Source: Felis catus
Taxonomy: Eukaryota
Length of the DNA: 64,000 nt
Reading direction: 5' to 3'
NCBI RefSeq assembly: GCF_018350175.1
Contig: NC_058368.1
Location: 186,622,001 to 186,686,000 of the forward strand
The position numbers and the translations under genes are program-made. The notes beneath the pieces were generated by a model. That model was not told the DNA's origin. It did not search any database and saw only the letters and a program-made list of their open reading frames with translations. Shown piece by piece: positions 1 through 13,538 of this stretch (position 1 is its first letter; each line of letters starts with the position of its first letter).

Positions 1-289
1 AGTACGGTAACTATCTGGCATTGATTTCTCGAGTTAACTAAACAGGTCACTTAGCTTTTTCAAGCTATGGTTTCTCATCTCTACAATATTGCAATACCTT
101 ATAGATAATGAGATACGACAGAGATCTTTGTGCCATGCTTGGTACTGATCTTTCCATAGGTAGCAGCTGTTATCATTATTCCATCGTTATTATCATTATC
201 AATTTAACCTGGAATATTGTGCTCACTTAGAGTCACAGCATTTTCGAGGGATATTTAGCAGTCAGAATTATCAAAATGTGAATGATACA

Positions 290-620
290 TAAAGTATGGA
301 GTATGAAGAACCGGTAGAAGAAATGAGTGGGAGGAGGGATGTATCCTAGGAATGAGAAACCTAGGGAAAGAGTGGCAGTATTTGAATGGGATAGTTGTTT
401 TCAAAAAATTGTAGTATTTCCTCTTAAGAGAGCAGACCATGTCCGCTCTGGGGGCAAAACTAGACTAATGGTAAAAGATGCCAAAAGGCACTTTTGGACT
501 GAAATATTTTAAAAAAAGAAAAGTTCATAGCAGTTACAGCTGGTGAAAATCCAGCAGGTCGTTCAATGCTATAAGACCATTTTCTGGGGAAAAGAGGATT
601 CTTGCTTTGGGCAAGTGATG
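290..620 (+). mobile_element. L3/CR1 LINE 3' fragment
   Basis: Resembles CR1/L3 3' consensus (atgaagaaccggtagaagaaatg...; gggggcaaaactagactaatgg). Boundaries approximate. Confidence 0.55.
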
Positions 621-1479
621 GGATGATATGATTTCTGAGGAGCTCTGGGTTGATGGTTACTTTGTACCAGCAAAAATAGGAAGGACTCTAGTTAAAGGAC
701 AGTTAGGCAAGCGCTGGTTTCTGTGAAGATGCTGATCCCATATGTATATACATCTGGAAGCAATGTTATTTATGAAAAGATGAAAATCACATCCTGGCTA
801 CGGTTTTAAGTAGATGGTGTGTGTGTTTTGCTGATGGTCTGTTGTTATTTAGCTAGCATCTTTCTTTTCTCAGATTTTCCTCACAGGAATATCTCTTACC
901 ATTGTGTGTGTGAGGAGAAACACTCAGACCCCCATATTTTCCTGCCTTTCTAAATAATTTTGGACCCCCTTGAGGGTTTTTAAATATATATATATATTTA
1001 GTTATATTTATAATTAGTTATAATTATTTACCTAGAGAAAATCAAAGAGAACTGCAAATGCTCCATAGTGTCACTGCATACAAACTTAATTTGCATCGCT
1101 GTTCTATTTTGGTATTTTCTTGACTTGTATCTAGTGGCTTGGAAGTGGGGAGTTTTTCTTCCCCTCCTTGATGTGTGAGATACTTTGCTTCAATGTGATC
1201 TCCATTGAACCATCTTTGTTGAACAATTATTATTCTTATTCTCTTGTGACAATAAATAAGTACCAGGATGTGTGTTTAGAAACACTGGCACCTGATGCAG
1301 ATAGTACTTGTGATTTGGGGTATTTGGACTTTAGAGCTTCTGTCCTTAAAATTTGTCCATTATGAGAAAGTGAAGAAGTGACTTAGATATAAAGGGTGCA
1401 TCTTGATATGGAGTATGAAAAATGAAAATATTGAACTCTTTCCATCTAAAGCTTTTTTCCCCTGGAGTAAAGAGAAATC

Positions 1480-1960
1480 TTATTTTTTATTCACATTTTT
1501 AAAATTTTCTGTTTCTGTAGTCTATTTTCTCCTTCTGGGATTCCTACAAATAGATATTGGGTGTCTTACATCTATCTACCATGGCTCTGAAATACAATTT
1601 GTAGATTTTTATCTTGCAAATTACTAATATTTATTTTAAAGAAATTATTATTAGTATTCTATTTTGGCCATCCTGTTTTCAATTTCTAAGAACTGTCTTA
1701 TTCTTTGATAGCTCATTTTCCATAGTCACTTGTTTTCTTATGGAATGTTCTCTTTAGTTTACAGATATCATTTAAAATTATTTTACAAGTTTTGTTCTCT
1801 CTTCATTGTTTGATATCCTTTTGTGATGGTATATGTTTATTTATTATGGTCTTTCTTTTTTTATGCTGTTGATTTTCCTTGTAAGTCAGCTAATCTTGGT
1901 AATCAGTTCATATTTGTAAACAAAGGGCTAGTTTGGCCAAGGAGTTACTGATACAGATTT
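1480..1960 (-). mobile_element. Old L1 (L1M-type) fragment
   Basis: T-rich antisense L1-like composition and motifs; degraded. Confidence 0.4.
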
Positions 1961-2423
1961 TCTGAACTGATGTGGGTTTCCTTAGCACTTTTACATGACT
2001 GTTTTCATAGTCAGATTCTCCCCTGAATAAGGAGAGTGGGGACAGGAAGAGAACGGGGCTTGATGACCAGGCAGCCTTCCTCTTTAGAAGAGTAGGCTAA
2101 GACCTTTCACAGATAACCAAGGCTTATCTGAGGTTTAAGTACCTTAGATTATTTCACCCTTTTCATTTCTGGAAGGATGTGATAGAACACCTTATCCTTT
2201 TATTCCCCTCCATTTGTAGCAGTACCCAGGGCTATCTGGCACTCTGTTCTGATTCTCTCTTCAGCCCAATATGTAAACTAGGAACCCAGGCAGCCCCACT
2301 TTGTTTAAGGAGCCTTCTTCCTGCATTGTCTAGGGGCAGTCACCACAGCCAGATATAAGAGAATAAGAAGTCTGGTGGTTGCATGGTGGCTCCTGCTCTG
2401 TGAACTTGCTGAGTCTGCAAATT

Positions 2424-2760
2424 CTCTAGTGCATAGGTTCTCACCTTTGCTGCACATCAGATCCCTTGGGGGGTTTTTAAAAATCCCAATGAACAAGCCA
2501 CACCACAGACCTATTGAATCAGTCATTTTAAAAGCTCCGTAGGTGATAACAGTGAACAAAGTTGGGAAAGAGTCCTCTCGGGCATAGTTTTCACTCTTGA
2601 ATGAGCATGAGAATGTCCTGGACAGTTTGCTAAACACAGATTGCTGGGTCCTATCCCTGGGATTTCTAACTTAATGGGTCTGGAATGAGGCTCAAGAATT
2701 TTCATTTTTCGCATTTGTTGGTCCTGCTAATGCTGCAGGTGTAAAAACCACACTTCTCTG
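2424..2760. mobile_element. Two adjacent MER5-family (hAT-Charlie) MITE fragments
   Basis: ggttctcacctttgctgcacatcag... and ...cacagattgctgggtcc...ggtctggaatgaggctcaagaattttcattttt are MER5A-type motifs. Confidence 0.7.
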
Positions 2761-3291
2761 ACTTTAGTGGGAAAATCAGCCCTCTCCGTTGCACTTCCCT
2801 GTGCAACACTTGTTTCCTTATTTGGTTTTTTTCTATCTACATAACCTCATCTACATTCTAACTTTTGTACTTTTGTGATTTTCCAAAATTATTGGCCCAT
2901 TGATGTAATGATACCTGCCTATTTTATAGTGCTATTATGGATTTTTACTGTTCGTTCTTTTTACACTTATTTCTATGAGATTTGAATAAGGTGGGAAAGG
3001 TAAATATACTGTCTTAGAGTGGAATTCTCCTTTTTCATACACATATTCAATTTTAACTACATAAACAATTTTCAACCTCATTTTAAAAATTTAATAGCAT
3101 ATCACAAATATTTTATGAAATATTCTCTTCTAATTTCTTGTGTATATCTAGTATTCTACATGTGGATGAATCATAATTTATTTAATGGGTTCCCTATTAT
3201 ACATCATAAAATGACTACTATTTTGCTCTTTTTAATAATGTAATTTGTGCATGATTGAAGCTATCATTAAATACAATCAAGATTACATATC

Positions 3292-3378
3292 TGTGTGTGT
3301 GTATATATTATATATATACACATATATATAGACATACATATATATAAGATTACGTGTGTGTGTGTGTGTGTGTGTGTA
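3292..3378. repeat. Compound (TG)n/(TA)n microsatellite
   Basis: Seen directly. Confidence 0.9.
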
Positions 3379-3394
3379 TGGCTCTTCTGTACAA

Positions 3395-3560
3395 CGTAAT
3401 ATGTAATGTTAAATTTAAATTAGTTATTTAAAAAAAACACTACAAATTCAATTCTTCAGTCTAACAACGCATATTTCATGTGCTCAGTAGCCACATGTAA
3501 CTAGTATCTGCCATATTGGACAGTGTTAAGTATATAGAACATTTTCATCATCTCAGAAAA
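3395..3560. mobile_element. MER3/MER33-like hAT-Charlie fragment
   Basis: gtgctcagtagccacatgtaactagtatctgccatattggacagtg...agaacattttcatcatc. Confidence 0.7.
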
Positions 3561-5309
3561 GGCTGAGTAACACAAATATATGAGGCAAATTCATAGAAGT
3601 TGAATAAGTATATCATAGAAAAAATAAAATTTAAAGTCTTTGGGTATGATTTTACATATATCCTGATTTCAAAAATACTATAATATAAAAGGAAGCCAAA
3701 GGGCATTAGAATTGAAGTATAGTTATTTTCTTAATTGCAAAGAAAACCATTATTTTATTGTTCCTAAGCGGGCAAACCAGAAGGAAGCATAATTCATAGT
3801 GTTATCGAATTAGTATCTCCCGTCTCACAGATGAAAATCTGCCTGCCGTATTCATTTCCCGCAAGGCATCATTGGGCTCTCTCTGACATGGTGTTCAGAG
3901 CAAAGCAGTTTATGAAGTGTGTATGTATATCTTAGTAAACACTAGCCTAACAGGTAGGATGTGGATAAACTATATTATCCTGGCAGTGATCAAGATTGCC
4001 ACATGAATTCACAGGAACCTTTGGAATCTAGAGTTCTAGGTAGAGAGAATTTGGGGAGATATATTTTAGCAGTAGACTCAGTCCCTTACCAGATTTTTGC
4101 CCTGTGTATATCAGGGTAAATACTGTGCCAAACCCAGGTAAATGAAACACAAAGGCTTCCACCCCTCATCTGTAGTAAGCTGACTTGGTAACTAAAAGAG
4201 CTCAAAGCTTAAGAGCTGTTCACCCCTCTGACCATGTGGTAAGCGCAGGTGTAAAGTTTCGGGATGTACTGGCACAGGCTCAGCTTGCAACTCAAAGAAC
4301 AGAGAGGAGCAATTATAAGGAAATGGACTCCCATTATTGGTTCTTAAACTGAAGTGTTTTCTTAAAGACTAAATAAGTTCCTGAGTCCCTCAGGACAGAG
4401 TTTTGGATTAGGCTCTGCTCAAAACCCTGTGCTATGTATATTTACCTTTCTGAAGGTGATGGCCACCTTTTATGTTTCTAATACTCATTTTTTTTTCCTG
4501 TTTGGAAACTTTCATTAAAATTAAAAAAATTCAGTTGAGGTTCTCATTGTATTTTACAAATTTTTCTGTGGCAGATCTCATGGTGAGAGGGTGGTGGGGG
4601 TACAGACGTGTTTACTTGGTTTTCCTTGAGGCTCAGGAAAGGTGCCAACAGAGCTGTCACCAAAAATTGTCTCTTTTTGGCTGGGCTGCATTTTATACTG
4701 TATCCTAATTAAGTGAAAATGCCACATGTGTGGCTTTCTTAGCATTTTTTAGTGAAAGCTGAAGAGCACTTCAGGAAACCTGATGTGAACATCATAAGCC
4801 AGAGGCATAAATACACCCACAGACCTTCCCTGAAGCATTTCCAGAAGACTCATGTTGTTTTTGTTTGATAGTTGCAGCCCAATGAATTATAACTTAGACT
4901 GACTTTTCTCAGATCCTGACTCTGGCTCCTTGTGTTACCACTTGGAGATATGGTCCTTTCAGTAGGCTTTCAAAACTCTTGATTTGTTTTTGCAAATCAA
5001 ACACCTTTTTCTTCATGATAGCTTCCAGAGTCTATCATCTATCCCTACTCCCACCTCCATTGCCTTCAGTACCATGATTATTGCATTTGTTGTTATCATG
5101 ATCACCATTATCAATAATAGTCACTACCATTTATTAAATGTTTACTTTATATTAGATACAGTGCTGTATATACACATATAATCTCATTTATATATCTCAT
5201 ATGACAACTACTAATAGTATTTCTTCTTTACAAATGAGGATGTGGTACCTTAGAGAAGTTGTGCAACTTAGAAAAGATCACACACGTTAGCAGGTGAATG
5301 TCTAACTGA

Positions 5310-5680
5310 AGAAAACAGAATCCGGTGTAGCTAGTTTAAGCAGAAAGAGACTTACTTAGCTTACAGCATTCTTGGGAAGACTGAAGAAACAGACTCTAGG
5401 CTGAGCTTTTACCTATAATTCTCACAGTCACAGCCCAGGCCTGTGTTGACAGGCAGTCAGTGTTCCTGCCACAGTATAATGACTACCTGCAGAACAGAGG
5501 GACCGCTGCTCTCACTAGACCAAAACCACACTGATTTTCAGGTAATCTGTACTAATGAAAGAGGTGTTTTGTGCTGTGCCTCTCCCACTTCAAGCTCTGA
5601 AATCAAGTCTCCAACAAGTGTATCCAATTGGCAGAACCTCAATTACATTTTGAACCATAGACAGAAGTGAGGAATTATTA
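5310..5680. mobile_element. Old MLT1-type LTR fragment inserted in a MIR
   Basis: aacagaatccggtgtagctagtttaagcagaaag motif; MIR-like sequence on both sides (5110-5300, 5730-5790). Confidence 0.45.
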
Positions 5681-5939
5681 TTAGGGCAGTTATTATTATT
5701 ATTATTATTATTCATTATTATTGCTTGACCAAGCTGAGATGTGAATACAGATCTAATTTTAGAGCCCATGTCTCTAACCATTATACATATATTCTTTGTT
5801 TATACACCTAACATATAATTAATATATTCCTGTTTGTATTATAAATAATTTATTTCTAATAATTCTATATTTATTAAATTCTACCTGCTGAGATATATGC
5901 TTTCAGTGGACTTTGTTACTTTCTTTGCCTGCCCCATAT

Positions 5940-6395
5940 CTGAACATTATATTTGAAGAATCCCCTGCTTTATGAAACAAAGCTCACCTTCCATAACAGA
6001 AGTTGAAAACGCCTCACACTCATTCTCTCAGCCTTACTTGCAACTAGAAGGTGGGTGCAAGACCAAGACTGTACCAATCCCATAACTTTGAATTGGAAAT
6101 CTGTGCTGTGAGAACCAGTGACTGTGGGAACAGCCAGCCTAAGAAAGTTAGGAGCTATGGCAGTGGAGGGATGGAAGTGTTCAGGGGAACATATAGCTCT
6201 AAGAACCATAGCACCCCTACCCAGTGAAGTTGCCTTGATAACTCTACTAGGACAGTTCTAAGGTTTTGGACATTATTCCTGACTTCATAGTTTCCACACC
6301 TGGATTTCTGGCCTATTGTAAGTTGTTCAATATCATTTTAATAACTGTGTCTTCTATTTAATTTAACTCGTCACTTTATATTGTTTGCAGCTAAG
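5940..6395. mobile_element. ERVL LTR (LTR33/LTR16-like) fragment
   Basis: ctcagccttacttgcaactagaaggtgggtgcaagaccaagactgtaccaatc and terminal gtttgcagctaagaaccttgattg motifs. Confidence 0.5.
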
Positions 6396-6414
6396 AACCT
6401 TGATTGCTATGCTT

Positions 6415-6610
6415 TAAAAAAATATATATTTATTTTGAGAGAGAGAGACAGAGACAGAGAGTGGAGGAGGGGCAAAAAGAGAGAAGGAGAGAGAGTGTCC
6501 CAGGCACTCTGACAGAGCAGAGCCCGACACGGGGCTTGAACTCACAAACCATGGAATCATAACCTGAGCCGAAACCAAGGGTCTCAACCAACTGAGCCAC
6601 CCAGTGCCCC
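6415..6610 (-). mobile_element. Carnivore SINE (SINEC/Can-SINE)
   Basis: tRNA-derived head, (CT)n tract, A-tail; TSD ctatgctt. Confidence 0.95.
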
Positions 6611-7839
6611 ATCTATGCTTCTTGAAAAAAGGATTATGTCTTATCCTTTATCTTTTATATTGCTTTGCAAATGACAAGTAGGTAGTGAAGAAATTCTTTA
6701 CCAATTTAATTCATTGATTTCATCAAATTTCACTCTAGAACCATGCCCTCCCAAAACAAAATAGTGCCATAAGGAATTCCCTCTCTTGGGATTTATCACC
6801 CTCCCTGCCCCCAAGCTATTTGGCAATTGATTTCAGATTATTTGCCTGAAAATATTAGAGACTTTACATGAATTTTTCTGTGGCCACATTAGGTAGAGAG
6901 ACAGGCAGGCAGAATTTATTGAGCACTTAGTAAGTGCTACATGCCTTATATTCATGGTCTTATTTTATCCCATCAACCAGATGAGAATAAGAAATTAAGT
7001 AAAGGTTATACCTGAGGCACAGTCAGGATTCATTCTCAGTCAGTCATCCTCAGGGACCTTGCTATCAATCAGCCTACCACCACTTTGAAGGTATACAAGG
7101 GAAGATGATGTTGAAGTCAAATAAACATTAATGCTGGAACGGGGCATTAGGTTTTTAGCTGTTTTAAGGTAGGAAGTTGCTCTACGCCCTTTGTCCCTGT
7201 AATTAAGGGAGTGTTTATACTCTATGGGTATGTGCATGCTAATATAATATTCATAAATGTGTCAAGAATTTATCAAACCATTGCTAGTCAGTCACTTTGT
7301 TTCTTTTTTCTGATAAACAGAAAAAAATTAAAGATTTATTTCTCAGTAAAAGAAAGCCATTCATTGATAGTTTAATTGATTTCAAATGGCCCTTTTTGTC
7401 ACCTTTAGAAATAAATATTTATTATAGATATATATTCTGAAACATTTTTGTACTTGAACCCCTGACATAAAATGCTGTTTGAGTCTAAACTTAATCAAAT
7501 TTACTGCCCAATGGTAAGCTTTAGTGGACAGAAATAGAAAAAATACGTTAAGGATGAGCTGGCCTTAAGTTGAATAATTGTGGCTGTTCTGATTACAATT
7601 GTATCAAACAGTTTAATATGTGAGCAGAAGACAGAGTATTATAAATTACTTGCATATGCAAAACAAAGTTGTTACTTTAATGTGTCTTTCCAGTTCTACC
7701 TTCTCTTCTTAGTGCTTATGTAAATAAAGGTCATGCTGCTTGTCTACAACTTTCTAGTTGTGAAGATACATTAGCAGAATGTTCCTTAAAAAACAAAAGA
7801 CTCTTTTAAGATCTAAGGACTATATTCAATGTAATACTA

Positions 7840-7985
7840 ACAATACCTACCATTTGGAATGCCAGTTTTGCAGTGAGCCCTTTACACTGATAAGCTTACT
7901 TAATCTTCACAACAGCCCCTTGGGTAAGTACAATGTCACACTATTTTACAGATGGGAAAACTGAGGTTTAAGTAATTTAAAATAC
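7840..7985. mobile_element. MIR
   Basis: ttaatcttcacaacagccc...attttacagatgggaaaactgagg core. Confidence 0.8.
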
Positions 7986-8947
7986 ACATTTGGAAGTGGT
8001 GACAATAGAACTCACTTAATCCTCAAAGCCTAATTACAGAGTATGATAATTTAACCATGTTGGTGATGCTTATTCATTGAGTTAATAAAAACAACATGCG
8101 CTTAAGAACACAACTTGAAACTGTAGCTCATAGTCAATTAAACACATACTTACTGGTACCTCACTGGGTTTAGGAAATCATCAAACAAAATGGGGAAAAT
8201 TTTGTAAAAAGGGGCTCATTAAAGAGCCAGCAGAAGGATTTATTTTAAGCCAAAAGGGGTTTGGGATTCTCATTTTAACCATCTCTCTCCTCTGGGAAAT
8301 CTGAGACAATGAGAATGCTTTATCAGGTTTTCCAGAAAGAAGAAAACAGATAATCTGCCCTATTCTCCATTGCCAAGTAGGGGATGAGTGACATTCTTGA
8401 AGCAATGAGAAATCCTCAGTCCCTCTAATCACTCTGTTGTAACATTTTAAAGTCCCAGTGGGCCATAATGCAACTCATGCATCCGGAGGAATGGATGGAA
8501 TATATTTAGAGTCAGTGTGGTCTTTTGCTTTCTTCTAGGGCTGGTCTAACGTGTTACTTTTCAAGACCTAATTTCTAGCATTTTAAGCTTCTTAGTTAAA
8601 CATCATGTGCATCCATAACTAAAGAAGAAAACCAAAAATATATGAGAATAATCTCTGAAGCACAATATGCCATATAAAAAACAATTTTCTAAAATTCTCA
8701 CTGAAACAAAAGAAAGTTTTCCTCTTTTTGTTTGGCCACGGAAAGCAGGAAGAAAGGATCAAAGATTAAAGGCTTCTTTTTGATATTCTTTCCTGGACCT
8801 TCACAGGTTCCCCCAAAGAAGATGTGTTAACGATTATTATATTCTTGTAAATAACATTGAGTTGGTGAAAAATACCTCTTGATCACAAACTTAGAAGGTG
8901 TGTGATGTGGGGTGAAGATTCTTGGCTCTTCAGCCCAACCATTCTTT

Positions 8948-9139
8948 TTTTTTTTTTATGTTTATTTATTTGGAGAGAGATTGGGAAAAAAGGGGGAGAG
9001 AGAGAGGGAGACAGAATCCCAGGCAAGCTCTGCACCATAAGCACAGAGCCCAACATGGGGCTACATCTAACTGTGAGATCATGACCTGAGCTGAAATCAA
9101 GAGTCAGAGGTTTAACCAGCTGAGCTACCCAGGCACCCC
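8948..9139 (-). mobile_element. Carnivore SINE
   Basis: TSD agcccaaccattcttt at 8932-8947 and 9140-9155. Confidence 0.95.
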
Positions 9140-10500
9140 AGCCCAACCATTCTTTACCTAAGATCCACAGAGGCAAGACACTGCACCTGTACCAGAAAAC
9201 AAACAAACAAACAAACAAACAAACAAACAAAAACCATGAATAGCCTCAGGGATTTCTACCTTGCTATTCTCTGCCTGCAATACTTTTTCCTCCCTTCTTT
9301 GCCTAGCTCACTCCTACTCATCCTTCAAATCTAAAGCTAGAATTAATGTCTTAGCATTGTCTCTCCTAATTTCCCTCTCTCAAAGCACCTGTACCCTTTA
9401 TTCATGCAGTTGTTACAGTTGTCATGTTTGTGGGTTTTATTCTCTTATAATCAATGCTGCTTTCTTTCTTGACTGTAAACTCCACAAGATAAGTACCATG
9501 GTTATTTTCTTATCATTCCATCCACAGTGCTGAATGCAAAGCGTTGTAAAATTCAAAGTATTTGTTGAATAATAAATAAACAAATGGCTTGTTGGACAAA
9601 TAAAGAATAGCCAGCCCAGCCCATTTTTGGTTATCATTTGCTATATTTAAGGATCTCTGTTCAGTTTTACCCTCAAACTGAGGCCATCACTGCCTCCTCA
9701 AATTAAGGAGAAAAATATCAGGAAGGGAAAAATGAGACTACGGTGTTTCATTAAGCCTATTCTCACAATGTAAAGGATATACAGATATCAGCTGCCTCCT
9801 CAGTCTTACAAAAAATGGAGAATAAGTAGCCCCTCAGTGGCCAGTCATGTGGGTTTTTTGTTTTTTGTTTTTTGTTTTTTTTGTCATTAGGGCACTTTGG
9901 TGGATCATATTAACTGATTTTGAAGGATAAACCAATCTTACATTCCTGGGATAAGTCTTACAGGGTCATAGTGCATTACCATTTTTATGTGTTATTAAGT
10001 GTGGTATTCTAAGATTTTGTTGAAGATTTTTGAATCATGAGAGATACTAAACTATAATTTTTCATTTTTGGCAATGCCTTTCTTAGGATTTGGTATTAGA
10101 GATATGGGGCCTCCAAAATGACTAAGGACAGTAGGCATCCTCTATTTTATGTAAGTATTCGTTAGCTTGGTGTTTTTGTTTGTTTGTTGTTTTTCTTTCT
10201 TAAATGATTGAATTCAAAAGTGAAGCTATCTGGGCCTAGAGGTTTTTTGTTTATTTGTTTGTTTGGTAGGGAGATCTGATAAATGCAATATCTTTACTAA
10301 ACATAAAGCTGATCACATTTTCTTTCTTCTTGTGTCATTTTTGCCAAGTTATATTTCTACATAAATGTTTCTGTATCTTCTAAGAGGTTGAATTTTGGCA
10401 TAAAGTTGTTCATAGTATTCTCTTATTGTCCTTTTAATGCCTATAACATCTGTAGTGATAATCTCTTTTCATTATTAATATTGGTGATTTGTGTTCTTCC

Positions 10501-10700
10501 TTTTTTTTAATGTTTATTTTTAAGACAGAGAGAGTGAGCGGGAGAGGGGCAGAGAGAGAGGGGAGACACAGAATCTGAAGCAGGTTCAAGGCTTTGAGCT
10601 GTCAGCACAGAGCCCTGTGAGGGACTCCAACCCACAAACTGTGAGATCATGACCTGGGCCAAAGTCGGTCACTTAACTGACTGAGCCACCCAGGTGCCCC
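10501..10700 (-). mobile_element. Carnivore SINE
   Basis: Full body; TSD tgtgttcttcctttttt. Confidence 0.95.
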
Positions 10701-10815
10701 TGTGTTCTTCCTTTTTTATTGATCAGTTTTGCTAGTGTTTTTTCAATTTTGATAGCATTTTCAAAAATCATCTTTTGGCTCAGCTAGTTTTCTCTAGTAT
10801 CTATTTTTTACTTTA

Positions 10816-11037
10816 TTTTTTTAAGTTTTTTTTTCAACGTTTATTTATTTTTGGGACAGAGAGAGACAGAGCATGAACGGGGGAGGGGCAGAGAGAGAGG
10901 GAGACACAGAATCGGAAGCAGGCTCCAGGCTCTGAGCCATCAGCCCAGAGCCCGACGCGGGGCTCGAACTCACGGACCGCGAGATCGTGACCTGGCTGAA
11001 GTCGGACGCTTAAGCGACTGCGCCACCCAGGCGCCCC
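10816..11037 (-). mobile_element. Young felid SINE (SINEC_Fc-type)
   Basis: CpGs largely intact; gagccatcagcccagagcc diagnostic; TSD atctattttttacttta at 10799-10815 and 11038-11054. Confidence 0.97.
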
Positions 11038-11998
11038 ATCTATTTTTTACTTTATTGATTCCTGTTTTTTATTATTTTCTTCCTTTGCTTCTTTTATATT
11101 TACTTTACTCATCTTTTCTATAGATTTTTGTAGATGAAACCTTGGCCACTGATTCAAACTAACTACTCTGATATGAGGATTTGAAGATACAAGTTTTTGT
11201 CTAAGCCCTGATTTATTTGCTTTTCCAAAATTTTAATGTATTTTCATGGTCATTCTTCTCAAAATATTTTCTAATTTCTCTTGTGATTTCCTCTTTGCCT
11301 TATTAATTTTTTGAAATTGTGTTGTTTTACCTCCAAGTAGTTGGAGTTTTCCTAGATATAGTATTATTAGTAATTTCTAATTCAATCCTATTGTGATTAG
11401 AGAATATATTCTTTGTAGTTCCTACCCTTTTAAAATTTATGGAGGCTTATCTATCTTGGGTAAATATGCTGTATGCAATTAAAAAGAATGGGTATTCTGT
11501 ACCCAATGGATGTATTGTTCTACACATGACAATTAGATCAAGATGGTTAATAGTATTGTTTATATGTTCTCTGTTTTGCTAGTTTATTTTCTAGCCCTAT
11601 CAAATCCTGGGGGAGGGGTGTAAAAATATTCCTGCAATATTTGTGTAATTTTTCTTCCTCTCATTCTGTAAATGTTTGCCTCATGAATCTTAAAACTATT
11701 ATTTGTGGCATATGATAACTGATATGTCTTCCTGATTAATTTCCCTTTAATTATTATGAATTGCCACTCTTTATCTCTAGTAATATTATTTGTCTCAAAA
11801 CATATTTTATTTTATATTAAAAGAGCCATCTAGTATTATCATGCTTGCTTTTTGCATGGTTAATCTTTTTCTATCCATTTACTTTCAATGTGTCTACGCC
11901 TTTATACTTAAAGTAGGTCTCTGTGGTCTCATATAGCAAGGTCTTACTTTTTATATTCTTTGATAATCTCTGCTTTTCAATTGGATGAAAATGTTTAG

Positions 11999-12110
11999 AC
12001 CAGAGGTTAGCAAACTGTGACCCATGAACCAAATCCAGCCTATGTCCTTTTTTATGTGGCATATTGCTAAAAATGGCTTTTTTATATTTTTAAAGAGTTT
12101 TGAAAATGAA
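11999..12110. mobile_element. MER58-like hAT-Charlie fragment
   Basis: cagaggttagcaaactgtgacccatgaaccaaatccagcc terminus. Confidence 0.7.
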
Positions 12111-12679
12111 TGTACTGAGAAACCTTAAGCCTGGGTGGTTACCTTTGACTGCACTACTGATTGACATTAAAATTTGACCTCTTTTCATTTTTTCCTTCAC
12201 TGGATACCCTATCAATACAGCTTAAAATTGTCCTTACTTTCTGGGAAGTCACATTATCTTGTAATTTCATGTGTACCTTTTGGTCAACTTTAAAGTTGTA
12301 TATCTTTCATATATCTTTTCATAAAAAAGAAGTCAGGTGTCCCTATGAAATTTCATTTTTGTTTACTTTTGTTCTTCCTTCTGTCAGTCATTTCTGTATC
12401 CAATTCTTAAAAAAAAATTCCCTTCCATTTGTTCCATTAACAAATTTATAACCATATCACATACACTTTTATTGACACTATTTTTAAAAAGTTTAAACGA
12501 TATACAAGAGTAGCCCTGACAAACACATCAATTCATTAATAGTTTGTTTTATAAAGTTATTAAATTGGCTGTAGATCCACTTACTTCTCTAATTTAGCTT
12601 ATATTTACCCTACTAATCAATATGGTTATCCATTGTTTCCCTCAAAAAAGGTATTTTTAGAGGTGAAGTATGAGATATT

Positions 12680-12900
12680 AATAGCTAACATTTATTTAAC
12701 ACTCTATACGATAACCAGTTTTGAATTATTTATAAGAATCATTAGATTTAATTGTGTGAAGTACCCTTTGAATGCCCATTTTCAGATAGGGAAACTGAGG
12801 CACAGAGAATTTAAGCAACTTGCCCAAGAGTTCACAGACTAATAGAATCAGAATTTGGGCCCAGGCTGTTTGGTTCCAAAGCCTGGGCCATTAACAACCA
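12680..12900. mobile_element. MIR
   Basis: cccattttcagatagggaaactgaggcacagagaatttaagcaacttgcccaag core. Confidence 0.9.
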
Positions 12901-13222
12901 TTCTTGCCCCACAATGCAACTGAAAGAGCATTGTATTTGGGGTCGAGAGACCCAAGTCAGAGCCATTGACTTGTGCCAGACATCAATTAAGTTCTTCAGA
13001 AAGTGGAGGAGTTATACCAGATTGTTGTTAGGTGTTCTTTTCGTTCAAAATAGTATGATTATTTTTATTTACTTAGATGCCTTGTCATTTTCATATAAAG
13101 AAGAGGCAAGGATAATCAATAATCATAAATACTGTCACATGGGCCTTTTATCAAGGTCTAAGTATGTGACAGAACTGGAGTTTGAGCACAGCTCTGTCTG
13201 CATCCAGAGTTTAACACTCTGT

Positions 13223-13400
13223 CAGAGTTGGCCTCATGAGCACAAGACCTGGGCAGTCAAACAGGGCCCTGTCTTGGTATAAGCATGAGGAGACTCGTGC
13301 TTGATATAATGCTCTGCTGCCACTGTCTGAAATTCATAATTTGTGAACAAGAGACCTCTCATTTTAATTTTGTACCCCACAAAATTATGTCACCAGTTCT
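13223..13400. mobile_element. MER91-like hAT-Tip100 MITE
   Basis: acctgggcagtcaaacagggccc...aatgctctgctgccactgtctgaaattc...aaattatgtcaccagttctg. Confidence 0.7.
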
Positions 13401-13538
13401 GCTTTCAAATCCATCTACAGTAGTCTTGTGCTGCTGCACTGACAGCAGAAATTCATTTGGCATGAGGGTTAGGGCCAGGAGATGCTCACTGATACGGGAC
13501 ATGATTTGTGATCCAGTACCTTCTTAGAGACAACTTAC

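Larger units (their letters stand above)
9895..11990 (-). mobile_element. Old L1 ORF2 fragment (antisense), interrupted by two SINEs
   Basis: Antisense L1 ORF2 motifs: aaccaatcttacattcctgggataagtc, tttggtattag, gtgaagctatctgggcct, aaaaagaatgggtattctg, ccatttactttcaat. Confidence 0.85.

Noticed and set aside
10851..11123. SINE-derived ORFs (also 6430, 8883, 16541, 17271, 24470, 24848, 33166, 36561, 44563, 46175, 47389, 48610, 50167, 53919, 57112, 57216)
   Set aside because: They are read-throughs of carnivore SINE consensus (e.g. GAPGWLSRLS, ERERER), not genes.
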